Shown here in pieces: positions 32,550 through 42,140 of a stretch of DNA of 64,000 nt; position 1 is the stretch's first letter, and every line of letters starts with the position of its first letter. Source of the DNA: Desulfomonilia bacterium (lineage in GTDB: Bacteria > Desulfobacterota > Desulfomonilia > UBA1062). Where the stretch lies: contig JBEKDT010000002.1 of NCBI GenBank assembly GCA_050014195.1, positions 320,001 through 384,000 on the forward strand, read 5' to 3'. Position numbers and translations under genes: made by a program. A model generated the notes under the pieces. That model did no database searches. It worked only from the letters and a program-made list of their open reading frames with translations, and was not told the DNA's origin.

Positions 32550-33330
32550 CTCCGAACCACTTGATGGATATCTTCTTCATGGTGCCGTCCTTGAACATCC
32601 CATCCAGGGTCTTCTGGATCTTGTCCTTTAAAGCGACGTCCTCTTTTCTGAGCCCGACACCGATGGGCTCGGAGAGAAGCTCTTCCTTGAGGACAGCGTA
32701 CTCACCGGGCTTCTGCGAGAGATAATAGCGGCCCACCAGTTCATCCACTGCCAGGGCGTCGATCCTGCCGATCTTGAGATCCATAAAGGCATCGGTGTTC
32801 TTGTCGTACTTCTTGATCTCCTTAAACTTCTTGTTCTGCTTGGCAAGGGCCTCTTCGGAGGTGGAGCCGAGCTGGACACCAACTGTCGTTTCAGCACCGA
32901 GGTCCTTCAAGCCTTTGATCTTCTTGTTGCCTTTCTTCACTACGATGACCTGCTTCTCCATGATGTAGGGTTTGGTGAAGGAGATCTCCTTTTCACGCTC
33001 CGAGGTAATGGACATGGCGGACCAGACGATATCGAATTTCTTGGACTTCAGTGATAAGATAACGGTATCCCACACGGTCGGGATATGTTCGACCTTGATC
33101 CCAAGCCTCTTTGCAACTTCTTTTGAAGCATCGATGTCAAAGCCTACGAGCTCGTTCTTGTCGTTGCGGAACTCCATAGGCGGAAAGGCATCATCTATGC
33201 CGATCGTAAGTTTACCCTCCTTCTTGACCCGGGTCCATGAGCCATCGTCTGCTGCGAATACGATGTTAGAGAACACAAACGCCAGGGCTGCCATCAACAC
33301 AACAGCTAATAATCCTTTCTTCATATACAT
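32527..33330 (-). CDS. Amino-acid ABC substrate-binding protein (family 3)
   Basis: Signal peptide, FPPMEF, GFDID, MSITSER, GVQLGST. Confidence 0.95.
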   Translation of the reverse strand: MYMKKGLLAVVLMAALAFVFSNIVFAADDGSWTRVKKEGKLTIGIDDAFPPMEFRNDKNELVGFDIDASKEVAKRLGIKVEHIPTVWDTVILSLKSKKFDIVWSAMSITSEREKEISFTKPYIMEKQVIVVKKGNKKIKGLKDLGAETTVGVQLGSTSEEALAKQNKKFKEIKKYDKNTDAFMDLKIGRIDALAVDELVGRYYLSQKPGEYAVLKEELLSEPIGVGLRKEDVALKDKIQKTLDGMFKDGTMKKISIKWFGDDITSWK

Positions 33331-33425
33331 TCCCCCTCAGGTAAGTATTGGTACAGAACAGGTCTATTTAATCACAAACCAGGATAATTACAAGCAGACA
33401 TAAAGAGCGCAGTGGACAGTGATTG

Positions 33426-33487
33426 ATGTAGGAGCGCCTTCAGGCGCGACCATGCTCACCTTGTCGCGGCTAAACCCGCTCCTACAT
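33426..33487. repeat. GTAG-family REP doublet (REPIN)
   Basis: ATGTAGGAGCGCCTTCAGGCGCGAC (33426-33450) and inverted ATGTAGGAGCGGGTTTAGCCGCGAC (33487-33463), 12-nt spacer, each with an internal palindrome. Confidence 0.8.
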
Positions 33488-34531
33488 ATTCTTCACAACG
33501 ATCCTGCCCGGATGCTCATCCGTGATCACCCCAATGACGGCTGCTGCCTCCACACCTCCTGCATGGAGTTGGGAGACCAGTTCATCAGCCTCTCCATCCG
33601 GCAGCACGATGAGCAGGCCGCCAGAGGTCTGGGGATCGAAAAGAGTTATTGCACACTCATCGCTGATACCGTCTTGAATATCCACCATCTTCAATCTGAA
33701 GTCTCTGTTACGGTATGCCCCGCCCGGGATCAGCCCCATACGGGCATACTCCAGGACCTCGGCAAACAGGGGCACTTTCGATGCATAGATGCACATGCCT
33801 ATATCAGTCTTCTCTACCATCTCGCATGCATGGCCCAACAGGCCAAATCCGGTCACATCCGTGCATGCGTGGACAGGAAAGCCCGCCATGATCTCTGCAG
33901 ACCTCCGGTTGAGGGTCTTCATGGATCTAACGGCCTTATCCTCTGCACCCTTGCTGGCCATGTCGGCTTTGATGGCCGTGCTGATGATCCCGCATCCCAA
34001 TGGCTTGGTGAGGATGACGGCATCACCAGGCAATCCGCCGACATTCTTCAGGATCTTATCCGGATGAACGGTTCCTGTGACGGACAGGCCGTATTTTATC
34101 TCAGGGTCATCAACGCTGTGGCCGCCTACCAGCAGAACACCCGCCTCGGCCATCTTGTCATAGCCGCCCTTCAAGATCTCCTGAAGTATGGCGATATCCA
34201 TACCCTTCCCCGGGAAGCAGATGATGTTCATGGCGAGAACCGGCATGCCTCCCATGGCATAGACATCGCTCAGGGCGTTGGCAGAAGCGATCTGGCCGAA
34301 GTCGTAGGGGTCATCCACGATAGGGGTGAAGAAATCCAGCGTGAGGATCAATGCCAGGTCCTGGGCAATCCTGTACACCCCCGCGTCGTCGGGTCTTTCC
34401 ATACCTACGAGCAGGTTCGGGTCATGCATGACCGCCATAGAGCGCAATGCCTTGTCCAGAACCTCCGGACCAAGCTTGCAGGCTCAACCGGCGCCGTGGA
34501 CTGTTTTTGTCAGCTTCATTTTCTTGTCCAT
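33482..34531 (-). CDS. selD: Selenide, water dikinase; selenoprotein (Sec16)
   Basis: MDKKMKLTKTVHGAG-UGA-ACKLGPEVL continues in frame into the track ORF (DDAGVY, DFFTP, NALSDVYAMGG, GGHS, DVTGFGLLGH, DPQTSGGLL); SD GGGGAG. Confidence 0.96.
34451..34474 (-). promoter_or_regulatory. Putative bacterial SECIS hairpin
   Basis: CTTGGTCCGGA-GGT-TCTGGACAAG begins ~10 nt 3' of the UGA at 34484-34486. Confidence 0.7.
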
Positions 34532-34638
34532 CTTCTCCCCTTATCGAGCTGATTCCTTATACCTTATGCATTTATAGAATTCAAAATATTCCATCTTTCG
34601 ATTGCTCGGCGTTTTAACACCATGTATCATCATCTGCC

Positions 34639-35568
34639 ATGAAAACCGATCAGTTCAGATTCATCACCCTCCAGCAAATGGAAGCACTTGTGTGTCTCGT
34701 GGAGGTACGGAGTTTTTCCGGAGCCGCCCGGAAGATGCTTCTCACCCAACCTTCTTTAAGTAAGCATATTAAAAACCTGGAGGACTTCACCGGCTGTATG
34801 CTCATCAACCGTACCAAGTCCGGCATCAGCCTCACCGCCGAGGGTTCCATCCTCTACGGGTATGCAAAGAGGATCCTCAGGCTCAGGGATGAGGCATGGG
34901 ACAAGATCCTGATATCAAAGGATTCGGTTTCCGGCCTCATCTTCACCGGTGCCAGCACAATTCCGGCCACATACCTCCTCCCCCCGGTTCTCACAACACT
35001 GAGGAAGTCATATCCGGAGATCAGGATCTGCTTATCTCCAGGCGATAGCGACAGTGTCATTCACATGGTACTTGACTCCCATGCAGAGATCGGATTCATC
35101 GGGAAACCCGTCCATGACCGGAGATTATACTCCGAGCCCATCTGGGACGACGAGCTTATCCTCATAGCACCAAAGGGCCATCCCTGGGAGGATTCCAGTG
35201 GAGTTACCATCTCCGGCCTCGCGCAGGAACCCTTCATCATCAGGGAAAAAGGCTCGGGCACCATGTCTGCATTCGCAGACTACCTGAGGGACAATCACAA
35301 GACAATGCTTTCCCGTTTCCATGTGGTCGGTGAGATGGGCTCCACAGAGGCGGTCAAAGAGGCTGTTATTGCAGGTCTCGGGGTGTCCGTGCTCTCCGTC
35401 CATGCCGTGCGGCGTGAGCTCGTTCAGGGCATCCTGGTGCGTGTCCCCATAGTGGGGCATAAGATTACCCGCTCATTTTTCATGATACGACGACGCCAAT
35501 TCACACCCTTACCCCACCACCTCCTTTTCATGGACACGGCAAAATCCTACCAACCCTGGGTTTCATGA
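34639..35568 (+). CDS. LysR-family regulator (selenium-metabolism-associated/CysL-like)
   Basis: SFSGAA..LTQPSLS HTH, GASTIP, REKGSGT; divergent from selD. Confidence 0.9.
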   Translation: MKTDQFRFITLQQMEALVCLVEVRSFSGAARKMLLTQPSLSKHIKNLEDFTGCMLINRTKSGISLTAEGSILYGYAKRILRLRDEAWDKILISKDSVSGLIFTGASTIPATYLLPPVLTTLRKSYPEIRICLSPGDSDSVIHMVLDSHAEIGFIGKPVHDRRLYSEPIWDDELILIAPKGHPWEDSSGVTISGLAQEPFIIREKGSGTMSAFADYLRDNHKTMLSRFHVVGEMGSTEAVKEAVIAGLGVSVLSVHAVRRELVQGILVRVPIVGHKITRSFFMIRRRQFTPLPHHLLFMDTAKSYQPWVS

Positions 35569-35700
35569 ACCTCACGGACTGAATCCCTGTGGCATACGCA
35601 GAGTCCATACGAGAGAACTTTATGCTTCCCGTAAGAAATACTATCTGATAAGAGTACCCGCGAAGTTGGCATCAGCATCTCATTTATAGGTGAGACCATT

Positions 35701-36852
35701 ATGCACCAAGACATCATCCATGTAGATTATCAGGAGTTAAGACGGTTCATAAAAGAGGGATTCATTGCCTTGGGTGTACCCGAGGCCGATGCGGAGATTT
35801 GCACCACCGTCCTCATCGAGTCTGATTTAAGGGGCATTGAATCCCACGGCATAGGCAGGTTCAAGATGTATGTCGATCGGATGAAGGACGGAATCATCAG
35901 CCCTGTCTGCCGGGAGACCATCATCAAGGAAACCGAGAATACTGCGGTTATAGATGCTCTCGACAGCCTGGGCCATGTGGTTGCGGTCCATGCCATGCAG
36001 CTCGCCATAGACAAGGCGAAGGTGCACAATGTAGGTCTCGTGGCGGTAAAGAACAGCTCGCACTTCGGGATCTGCGGCTATTACCCCATGATGGCGGTAA
36101 GAGAGAATATGGTCGGACTGGTCTTTTCCAACGCACGGCCTTCCGTGGCGGCCACCTATGGAGTCGAGCCGGTCCTCGGCACCAACCCCATCAGCTTCGG
36201 CGCTCCGTCCGATGAGGTATTTCCCTTCCTTCTGGACATAGCGACATCCACCACCCAGCGAGGCAAGATCGAGGTCTATGCCCGCGAGGGCAAAAAGACC
36301 CCGAAAGGCCTCACCATAGACCTTAAAGGCAACGAGCCCACAGACAGCAAGGCACTACTCAAAATGTTCGTGGACGGCACGGCTTCGCTGCTTCCTCTTG
36401 GAGGCGCCGGTGAAGAACTGGGCGGGCACAAAGGCTACGGCCTTGGTGTCATGGTGGAGATCCTGTGCGCAGCATTCTCGGGCGGAAGTTTCGGCAAGGC
36501 CCTGTCCGGCCTTGAAGGCGGGGTAAGCGTCCCCCACAGGCTCGGCCACTTCTTTGTTGCCATCAATATTGAGAGCTTCGTGTCCATCGAGGTCTTCAAG
36601 AAGATCACGGGCGCCATTATGCGCGAGGTCAGATCATCCGCAAGGGTCCCGGGGCAGGACAGGATCTTCCTTGCGGGTGAAAAAGAGTTCGAAATGATTC
36701 AACGATGCAAGAAAGAGGGTGTGCCGGTCAACAAGTCAATGCAAGACATCATGATCAAGCTCAAGCACGAGCTGAATCTCGGGAGTTTCAACTTCCCTTT
36801 TTTCTCAGATGACAGGGCTTCCTTACAGGACGCTCAACGCACTCCTGCGTGA
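35701..36852 (+). CDS. Ldh_2-family (type 2 malate/lactate/sulfolactate) dehydrogenase
   Basis: GIESHG, SSHFG, GTNPI, GHKGYGL. Confidence 0.92.
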   Translation: MHQDIIHVDYQELRRFIKEGFIALGVPEADAEICTTVLIESDLRGIESHGIGRFKMYVDRMKDGIISPVCRETIIKETENTAVIDALDSLGHVVAVHAMQLAIDKAKVHNVGLVAVKNSSHFGICGYYPMMAVRENMVGLVFSNARPSVAATYGVEPVLGTNPISFGAPSDEVFPFLLDIATSTTQRGKIEVYAREGKKTPKGLTIDLKGNEPTDSKALLKMFVDGTASLLPLGGAGEELGGHKGYGLGVMVEILCAAFSGGSFGKALSGLEGGVSVPHRLGHFFVAINIESFVSIEVFKKITGAIMREVRSSARVPGQDRIFLAGEKEFEMIQRCKKEGVPVNKSMQDIMIKLKHELNLGSFNFPFFSDDRASLQDAQRTPA

Positions 36853-37720
36853 ACGGTTCGGGGTTCGTGTCCGGAAGATCACCCTTGACGCGGGCCTGAC
36901 CTGCCCTCACCGCGACCCTGGCAAGATCGGCGGATGTATCTACTGCAATGCTCAAGGCTCAGGCACCGGCGCATTCTCACAGGGGAAAAGCCTTCTACAG
37001 CAAATCGAGGACCAGGTCACGTTCATGAAAAGACGTTATGGGGCAGAAGGGTTCATCGCCTATTTCCAGTCTTATTCCAACACCTATGCACCGCTTAATG
37101 TACTGAAATCCCTCTATGATACCATAGTGCCCTATCCTGAGATTGTGGGTCTCGCCATCGGCACCAGGCCCGACTGTATTGACTCTAAGAAGCTGGAGCT
37201 CATCGAGTCATATACACCTGGGCACCTGGTCTGGATGGAATACGGGCTCCAGTCAGGCAATGATGAAACCTTGAAGCGCATCAACCGGGGTCACACAGTG
37301 AAGACCTTCATTGATGCAGTCACCCTTACCTCGCACTTCGATCTTCGTCAGTGCGTACATGTAATCATTGGGCTGCCCGGTGAAGACATGGATGATTTTA
37401 TTGCCACTGCACGACTTGTCTCCTCCCTGCCCATCACGGACATAAAAATCCACCTGCTCTACGTGATAAAGGGAACGCCTCTGGAGAAAATGCTCGAGAG
37501 GGGTGACTATACCGTCCTGACCTTGGATAAATATGCAAGGGCTGTTGCAAACTTCATTGCCCACCTGCGCCATGACGTCGTGATCCAGCGCATCACCGGC
37601 GACCCGCATAAAGAAGAACTTATCAAGCCGAAGTGGGCGCTGGAAAAGGGCAAGGTGCGCCAGGCCATCCTTCAGGAAATGGCTCGCGAAGGACTAACCC
37701 AGGGGTGCATGGTCCGTTAG
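36809..37720 (+). CDS. Radical SAM protein, YhcC/TIGR01212 family
   Basis: TCPHRD...GGCIYC, YFQSYSNTY, GTRPDC, RINRGH. Confidence 0.92.
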   Translation: MTGLPYRTLNALLRERFGVRVRKITLDAGLTCPHRDPGKIGGCIYCNAQGSGTGAFSQGKSLLQQIEDQVTFMKRRYGAEGFIAYFQSYSNTYAPLNVLKSLYDTIVPYPEIVGLAIGTRPDCIDSKKLELIESYTPGHLVWMEYGLQSGNDETLKRINRGHTVKTFIDAVTLTSHFDLRQCVHVIIGLPGEDMDDFIATARLVSSLPITDIKIHLLYVIKGTPLEKMLERGDYTVLTLDKYARAVANFIAHLRHDVVIQRITGDPHKEELIKPKWALEKGKVRQAILQEMAREGLTQGCMVR

Positions 37721-37723
37721 GCT

Positions 37724-38671
37724 ATGAGGGCGTACAACCTTAACTTCGAGAAAGGCCTCTTCCTGGCCCCTTTATCCGGCTACACAAGTTGGCCGATGAG
37801 GATGCTGTGCCGTGAATACGGTGCGGAGCTCTGCTACACCGAGATGATCAGCGCTGCCAGCCTCATCCGGAATATACAAAACACCGGTGCGCTCCTGGAT
37901 AGGCCCCATGCGGATGCACCACTGGTGGCCCAGATCTTCACCAATTCGCCGCAGGAGGCGGCATTGTCGGCACGCATGATCGAGGACCAGGGCTTTGACG
38001 GCATTGACATCAACATGGGCTGTCCGGTGAAGAAGGTGGTGTCCAAAGGCGCAGGGGTCGCACTCATGGCCGAGCCCGACCTTGCCGTCCGTCTGGCAGA
38101 GGCAGTGATAAGAAGTGTGAATATCCCGGTGAGCGTGAAGATGCGTGCAGGATGGGACTCGACATCACTCAATGCAGTCCAACTCGCCGAAACCTTTGAA
38201 TATACAGGGGCAAACACGATCATCCTCCATCCCAGGACGCGTTTGGATATGTATCGGGGAAGGCCCAGGTGGGAAATCCTCTATGAGATGAAGAAGCATA
38301 TTATGATCCCTGTAGTGGCGAGCGGCGATATAAGGACGAATGAAGATCTCGGCATGCTCTCGGGCCTCGGGGCCGATGCATTTATGGTAGGCAGGGGCGC
38401 CATCGGCAGACCGTGGATCTTCCGCGAGCTTATCGGCGGACCAGCAGCCTCCATCCATGAGCGCAAAGATATCATGCTCAGGCATTTGGACATGCTCTGT
38501 ACCTGTCATGGGTCAAGGACCGGTGTGCGCCACATGAGGAAGTTTCTCTCTTCGTACGTGAAAGGGTTGCATGGTGCATCGCACTTCCGCTTGAAGGCAT
38601 GTATCATCGATGCCCCGGATCAACTTACCAAAACCATTTGCGATTTCTTTTCCAGCATCGATCCCCTTTGA
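37724..38671 (+). CDS. dusB: tRNA-dihydrouridine synthase (DusB-like)
   Basis: LAPLSG, DINMGCP, VSVKMRAGW, HPRT, GRGAIGRPW. Confidence 0.88.
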   Translation: MRAYNLNFEKGLFLAPLSGYTSWPMRMLCREYGAELCYTEMISAASLIRNIQNTGALLDRPHADAPLVAQIFTNSPQEAALSARMIEDQGFDGIDINMGCPVKKVVSKGAGVALMAEPDLAVRLAEAVIRSVNIPVSVKMRAGWDSTSLNAVQLAETFEYTGANTIILHPRTRLDMYRGRPRWEILYEMKKHIMIPVVASGDIRTNEDLGMLSGLGADAFMVGRGAIGRPWIFRELIGGPAASIHERKDIMLRHLDMLCTCHGSRTGVRHMRKFLSSYVKGLHGASHFRLKACIIDAPDQLTKTICDFFSSIDPL

Positions 38672-38700
38672 TTTTTTTCAGAAAATCCGATATACATATC

Positions 38701-39495
38701 ATGATGTTTATGCACCCGAGATTCCGCCTCTTGGGAATATGTGTTTGTACTGCTCTTGTTCTGTGCATAGGCAACAAACCTTGCCCTAACTTCTGGGCAT
38801 CCGCTGTGCTTGCCGGGCAGAAACCGATACCGTACCTTGTTGAGAAGGCAAATCAAGGGAAGCTCCTCTTGATCGGCACCAGGCATGATAACATAGATAT
38901 GCATAACTTCATTACTGAATCCCTGCCGATGCTCGTTAAGGAAGCCGGGGTGAACACCCTTTTCCTGGAGATACCATCCAGCCAGCAAAAGAATATAAAC
39001 CGGTTCCTTAATGGTGATGCCGGCCTTCAAGAGATAGGCATGTGGAAGATTATTTCATCCGATGCTTATTGCAATATCCTCTGCAAAGCACGTGAACTGG
39101 GCATGAATGTCGTTGCAATGGACAACGACGAAGATCCCTGCATCCCGAGAGACAAATGGATGGCAATGCACGTTGCAGAATACCTGAAGACCAACCCCTT
39201 AACCAGGGGGATGATAGTGGTGGGAAACTGCCATATACTAAAAAATATCAAATGGGCCTTGAGAGAAGGGCAATCGCTCGCGGACTACCTGAATGAATAT
39301 AAAACGTTCTCTGTGCTTATGTGGCAAGGTGATTTCGATTCTTCCTGCCCCCTTGCCTTGGATATCGACCCTGTAGTATTCCAGGGGGTGAAAGATCCGA
39401 CCCTTAAGAGCCTGAACCTGCTCCCTCAGATATCGCTCTCCAACACGGCAGATGGGGTGATTTTCTTACCCATTCCGGTCAAGGGCAATAGCTAA
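38701..39495 (+). CDS. Exported protein, possible ChaN/EreA-like fold
   Basis: Signal-like N-terminus; LLIGTRH, LFLE, VVAMD, RD..MA, VGNCH pattern. Start uncertain. Confidence 0.55.
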   Translation: MMFMHPRFRLLGICVCTALVLCIGNKPCPNFWASAVLAGQKPIPYLVEKANQGKLLLIGTRHDNIDMHNFITESLPMLVKEAGVNTLFLEIPSSQQKNINRFLNGDAGLQEIGMWKIISSDAYCNILCKARELGMNVVAMDNDEDPCIPRDKWMAMHVAEYLKTNPLTRGMIVVGNCHILKNIKWALREGQSLADYLNEYKTFSVLMWQGDFDSSCPLALDIDPVVFQGVKDPTLKSLNLLPQISLSNTADGVIFLPIPVKGNS

Positions 39496-39580
39496 ACCCG
39501 CCTCATCCTTTATTTCTTACTGAACAGTGCATGCTCAGTAAGCATTGCAATTCTTTCATGGCACCGCTACAATACCTGTC

Positions 39581-40171
39581 ATGCCGACCATCTTTATCGG
39601 AGAAAACCCCAGGTTAGAGGCAGTTGTTGAGGATACGGGCTCGGATAAGTATGTGGTCATTACACATCCGCACTCCCTTATGGGCGGAAACATGAGCAAC
39701 AACGTAGTCATGACCGCCTGGAGGGCATCCCTGGAAAAGGGCCTATGCTCGGTGCGCTTCAACTTCAGGGGTGTTGGCAGAAGCGACGGTTCGTTCGACG
39801 AAGGCAACGGGGAGATGAACGACCTGGCCACGGTGATCGGCTTCGTTCAGAAGCCGGTGATCATCATCGGGTATTCCTTTGGAGCATGGGTGGCTGCACG
39901 GCTCATGCAACGCCTGGAAGATCCCATTCCCTGTATCTTTATCTCACCGCCCACTGCCATGTTTGCCTTCCCATCCATGAAGCGCCATAGTGTCTTGGCT
40001 ATCACCGGCGAGGCCGACCAGTTCTGCAGCATACCTACCCTGGAAACCCTCCTGGACAAGGACCGCATCTTCATTGTGAAGGATGTGGACCATTTCTGGT
40101 TCGGCGAAGAGGACCGGCTTGTGCCGTATTTAAAGGATAAGCTTGAGCTCATCAACCCGGTTACAAAATAA
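39581..40171 (+). CDS. Alpha/beta hydrolase
   Basis: HPHSLMGG.M.NNVV, RFNFRGVG.S.G, GYSFG, DHF. Confidence 0.9.
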   Translation: MPTIFIGENPRLEAVVEDTGSDKYVVITHPHSLMGGNMSNNVVMTAWRASLEKGLCSVRFNFRGVGRSDGSFDEGNGEMNDLATVIGFVQKPVIIIGYSFGAWVAARLMQRLEDPIPCIFISPPTAMFAFPSMKRHSVLAITGEADQFCSIPTLETLLDKDRIFIVKDVDHFWFGEEDRLVPYLKDKLELINPVTK

Positions 40172-40222
40172 TTTTCCTTTCATGAAAATTGCTTCAAACC
40201 CACTGATAGTCCATGGTATTGA

Positions 40223-42121
40223 GTGAAACTTGAACTTGAAGTTCACAGAGATTTTCCTTTGGAGGCTTTAGGGATGGATGTAGCAGACATCATCGTACAA
40301 AACGGGACAGAGCCTGCCGTTAGGGACCGTGTCTTCATCCTGTTCAGGGATGACACAGAGATGCTTAAGACCTTTACCTATGCCGAGTTCTACGAACAGT
40401 CCCTGGCGTACGGAAATATGATAAGCGGCATGAAGCAGTCCTTAAGGATCGGTGAGAACGACCGTTTCCATGTGGGTGTGTTCATGCAGAACATCCCGGA
40501 GTTCTTTTTCCTGCTCGGGGGCTGTGCCTTCACGAATGCCACCCTTGTGGGGGTAAACAATGCCCAGGTGGGAGAAAAGCTGGCTTTCGACATCAACAAC
40601 ATAGACATGCATGTGCTCTTTGTGGATCATGCAATGCAGCCGGGTACAAGGGGAACCTTTTTAGACACGGTTCTCTCCGCCAAGGAGACCTTCGGTTTTA
40701 CCGGTTTGGCCGAGGACTTTATCTTTGCGACAGACGCCCTTCAGAAAATGGCACGACCGCCGATCAAGACCATCTCCCAAAAACTGCACGGGTCATCAAA
40801 ATCAATCTCCACCTTCCTCCCCTGCCCCCTGGATCCTTCAAGGGCGGCGGTGATCATCTTCACTTCCGGCACAACAGGGGCGCCCAAGGGCATCGAGGTA
40901 ACCTGGCAGAAGCTCTTTGACACCGGGGTGAACGGAACGAAGATATTGAACTATACAAAAGACGATGTGGGTTATGTATGCATGCCCATCAACCACTCCA
41001 ATTCACTCTACCTCAACATCATGCCCGCCATGCTGAACGGGGCCAAGATCCTGCTGCGCAGACGATTCAGCGTGCGGAACTTCGTCAAGGACATCGAGGA
41101 CTCCGGGGCAACGGTGTGGAACTGTGTAGGCGACCCGGTGCAGTATGTCATCAACCATGTCAAGAACACCATCGGGTCCCTGGCCGATTTCTCGCATCTC
41201 CCGCTGCGGACGGTCATCAGTACCGGCACCAACGCCCCCAACCGGGCCACCTTCACCAAGATGTTCGGCCTGGATATCTTCACCGAGGTCTACGGGTCCA
41301 CCGAGGCCGGGGCCGTTACGGCAGTGGATGGCCTCACCCCGGATTACAGTGTCGGCAGGCTCCTGAAGGACATCCGCATCATTCATGAAAACACCCTTAC
41401 GGAATGCACCCCGGCCAAGGTGGATGAGACAGGCAAGATCCTGAACCTTGACACCTCTGCAGGCGAGATCGTGGTAAGCCAGAGTTCCTTGGGTGCCTCT
41501 GCCTTTACGGGCTATTACCGCCTTCCCGAGGAGAGCGCCAAAAAGATCATCTTTCTTGAGGGTGATGCATTCTACCGCATGGGCGACCTCGGCGCCATTG
41601 TAGAGCATGACAAGGTCAAATACCTCGTGTTCCTGGGCCGCACCGGAGACTGGATACGTTTCAAGGGCGAAAACTGGACGCCCGTTGATGCAGAGAAGAT
41701 CATCGGCAAATATGAAGCAATCACCAATGCGGGCATCATCGGAGTGCCCCAGGCAAAGGGCAGGGAGGACGACCCCATGTACATCATCGAGGTAAGAGAT
41801 CCCGGCACCTTTGAGGTGGGGCCATTCCTGTCCTTCTGCAAGAAAAGCCTGCCCCACTACATGCAGCCGCGCTTTATCCGCATCGTGAAGGGCGTGCCCC
41901 TGACCGAGACCATGAAGCTCAAGAAGTCCGTGCTCAAGAACGAGTTCTACTACCGTGCATCCGACTCAGACGGCCTGGAAGACGACATCATCTACCTGAT
42001 CGAGAGCGGCCATCCGCGCCGGTTTGGCGCAGCGGACTATCTTGCCGAGATTGCATTGTTCACACATGCAACAAACCGTGATACGCTTCAGGCCTTCACC
42101 AAGCGCTCGGACCTGTTCTAA
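40223..42121 (+). CDS. Long-chain acyl-CoA ligase (FATP/FadD-like AMP-binding enzyme)
   Basis: FTSGTTGAPKG, YGSTE, MGDLG, GRTGDWIRFKGEN. Confidence 0.9.
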   Translation: MKLELEVHRDFPLEALGMDVADIIVQNGTEPAVRDRVFILFRDDTEMLKTFTYAEFYEQSLAYGNMISGMKQSLRIGENDRFHVGVFMQNIPEFFFLLGGCAFTNATLVGVNNAQVGEKLAFDINNIDMHVLFVDHAMQPGTRGTFLDTVLSAKETFGFTGLAEDFIFATDALQKMARPPIKTISQKLHGSSKSISTFLPCPLDPSRAAVIIFTSGTTGAPKGIEVTWQKLFDTGVNGTKILNYTKDDVGYVCMPINHSNSLYLNIMPAMLNGAKILLRRRFSVRNFVKDIEDSGATVWNCVGDPVQYVINHVKNTIGSLADFSHLPLRTVISTGTNAPNRATFTKMFGLDIFTEVYGSTEAGAVTAVDGLTPDYSVGRLLKDIRIIHENTLTECTPAKVDETGKILNLDTSAGEIVVSQSSLGASAFTGYYRLPEESAKKIIFLEGDAFYRMGDLGAIVEHDKVKYLVFLGRTGDWIRFKGENWTPVDAEKIIGKYEAITNAGIIGVPQAKGREDDPMYIIEVRDPGTFEVGPFLSFCKKSLPHYMQPRFIRIVKGVPLTETMKLKKSVLKNEFYYRASDSDGLEDDIIYLIESGHPRRFGAADYLAEIALFTHATNRDTLQAFTKRSDLF

Positions 42122-42140
42122 GGCGTAAGGAGATACACCC

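Noticed and set aside
33419-34552. 377-aa + strand ORF
   Set aside because: Antisense shadow of selD with no recognisable motifs. The same applies to other long antisense ORFs such as 4887-5648, 26394-27290 and 41003-41857.
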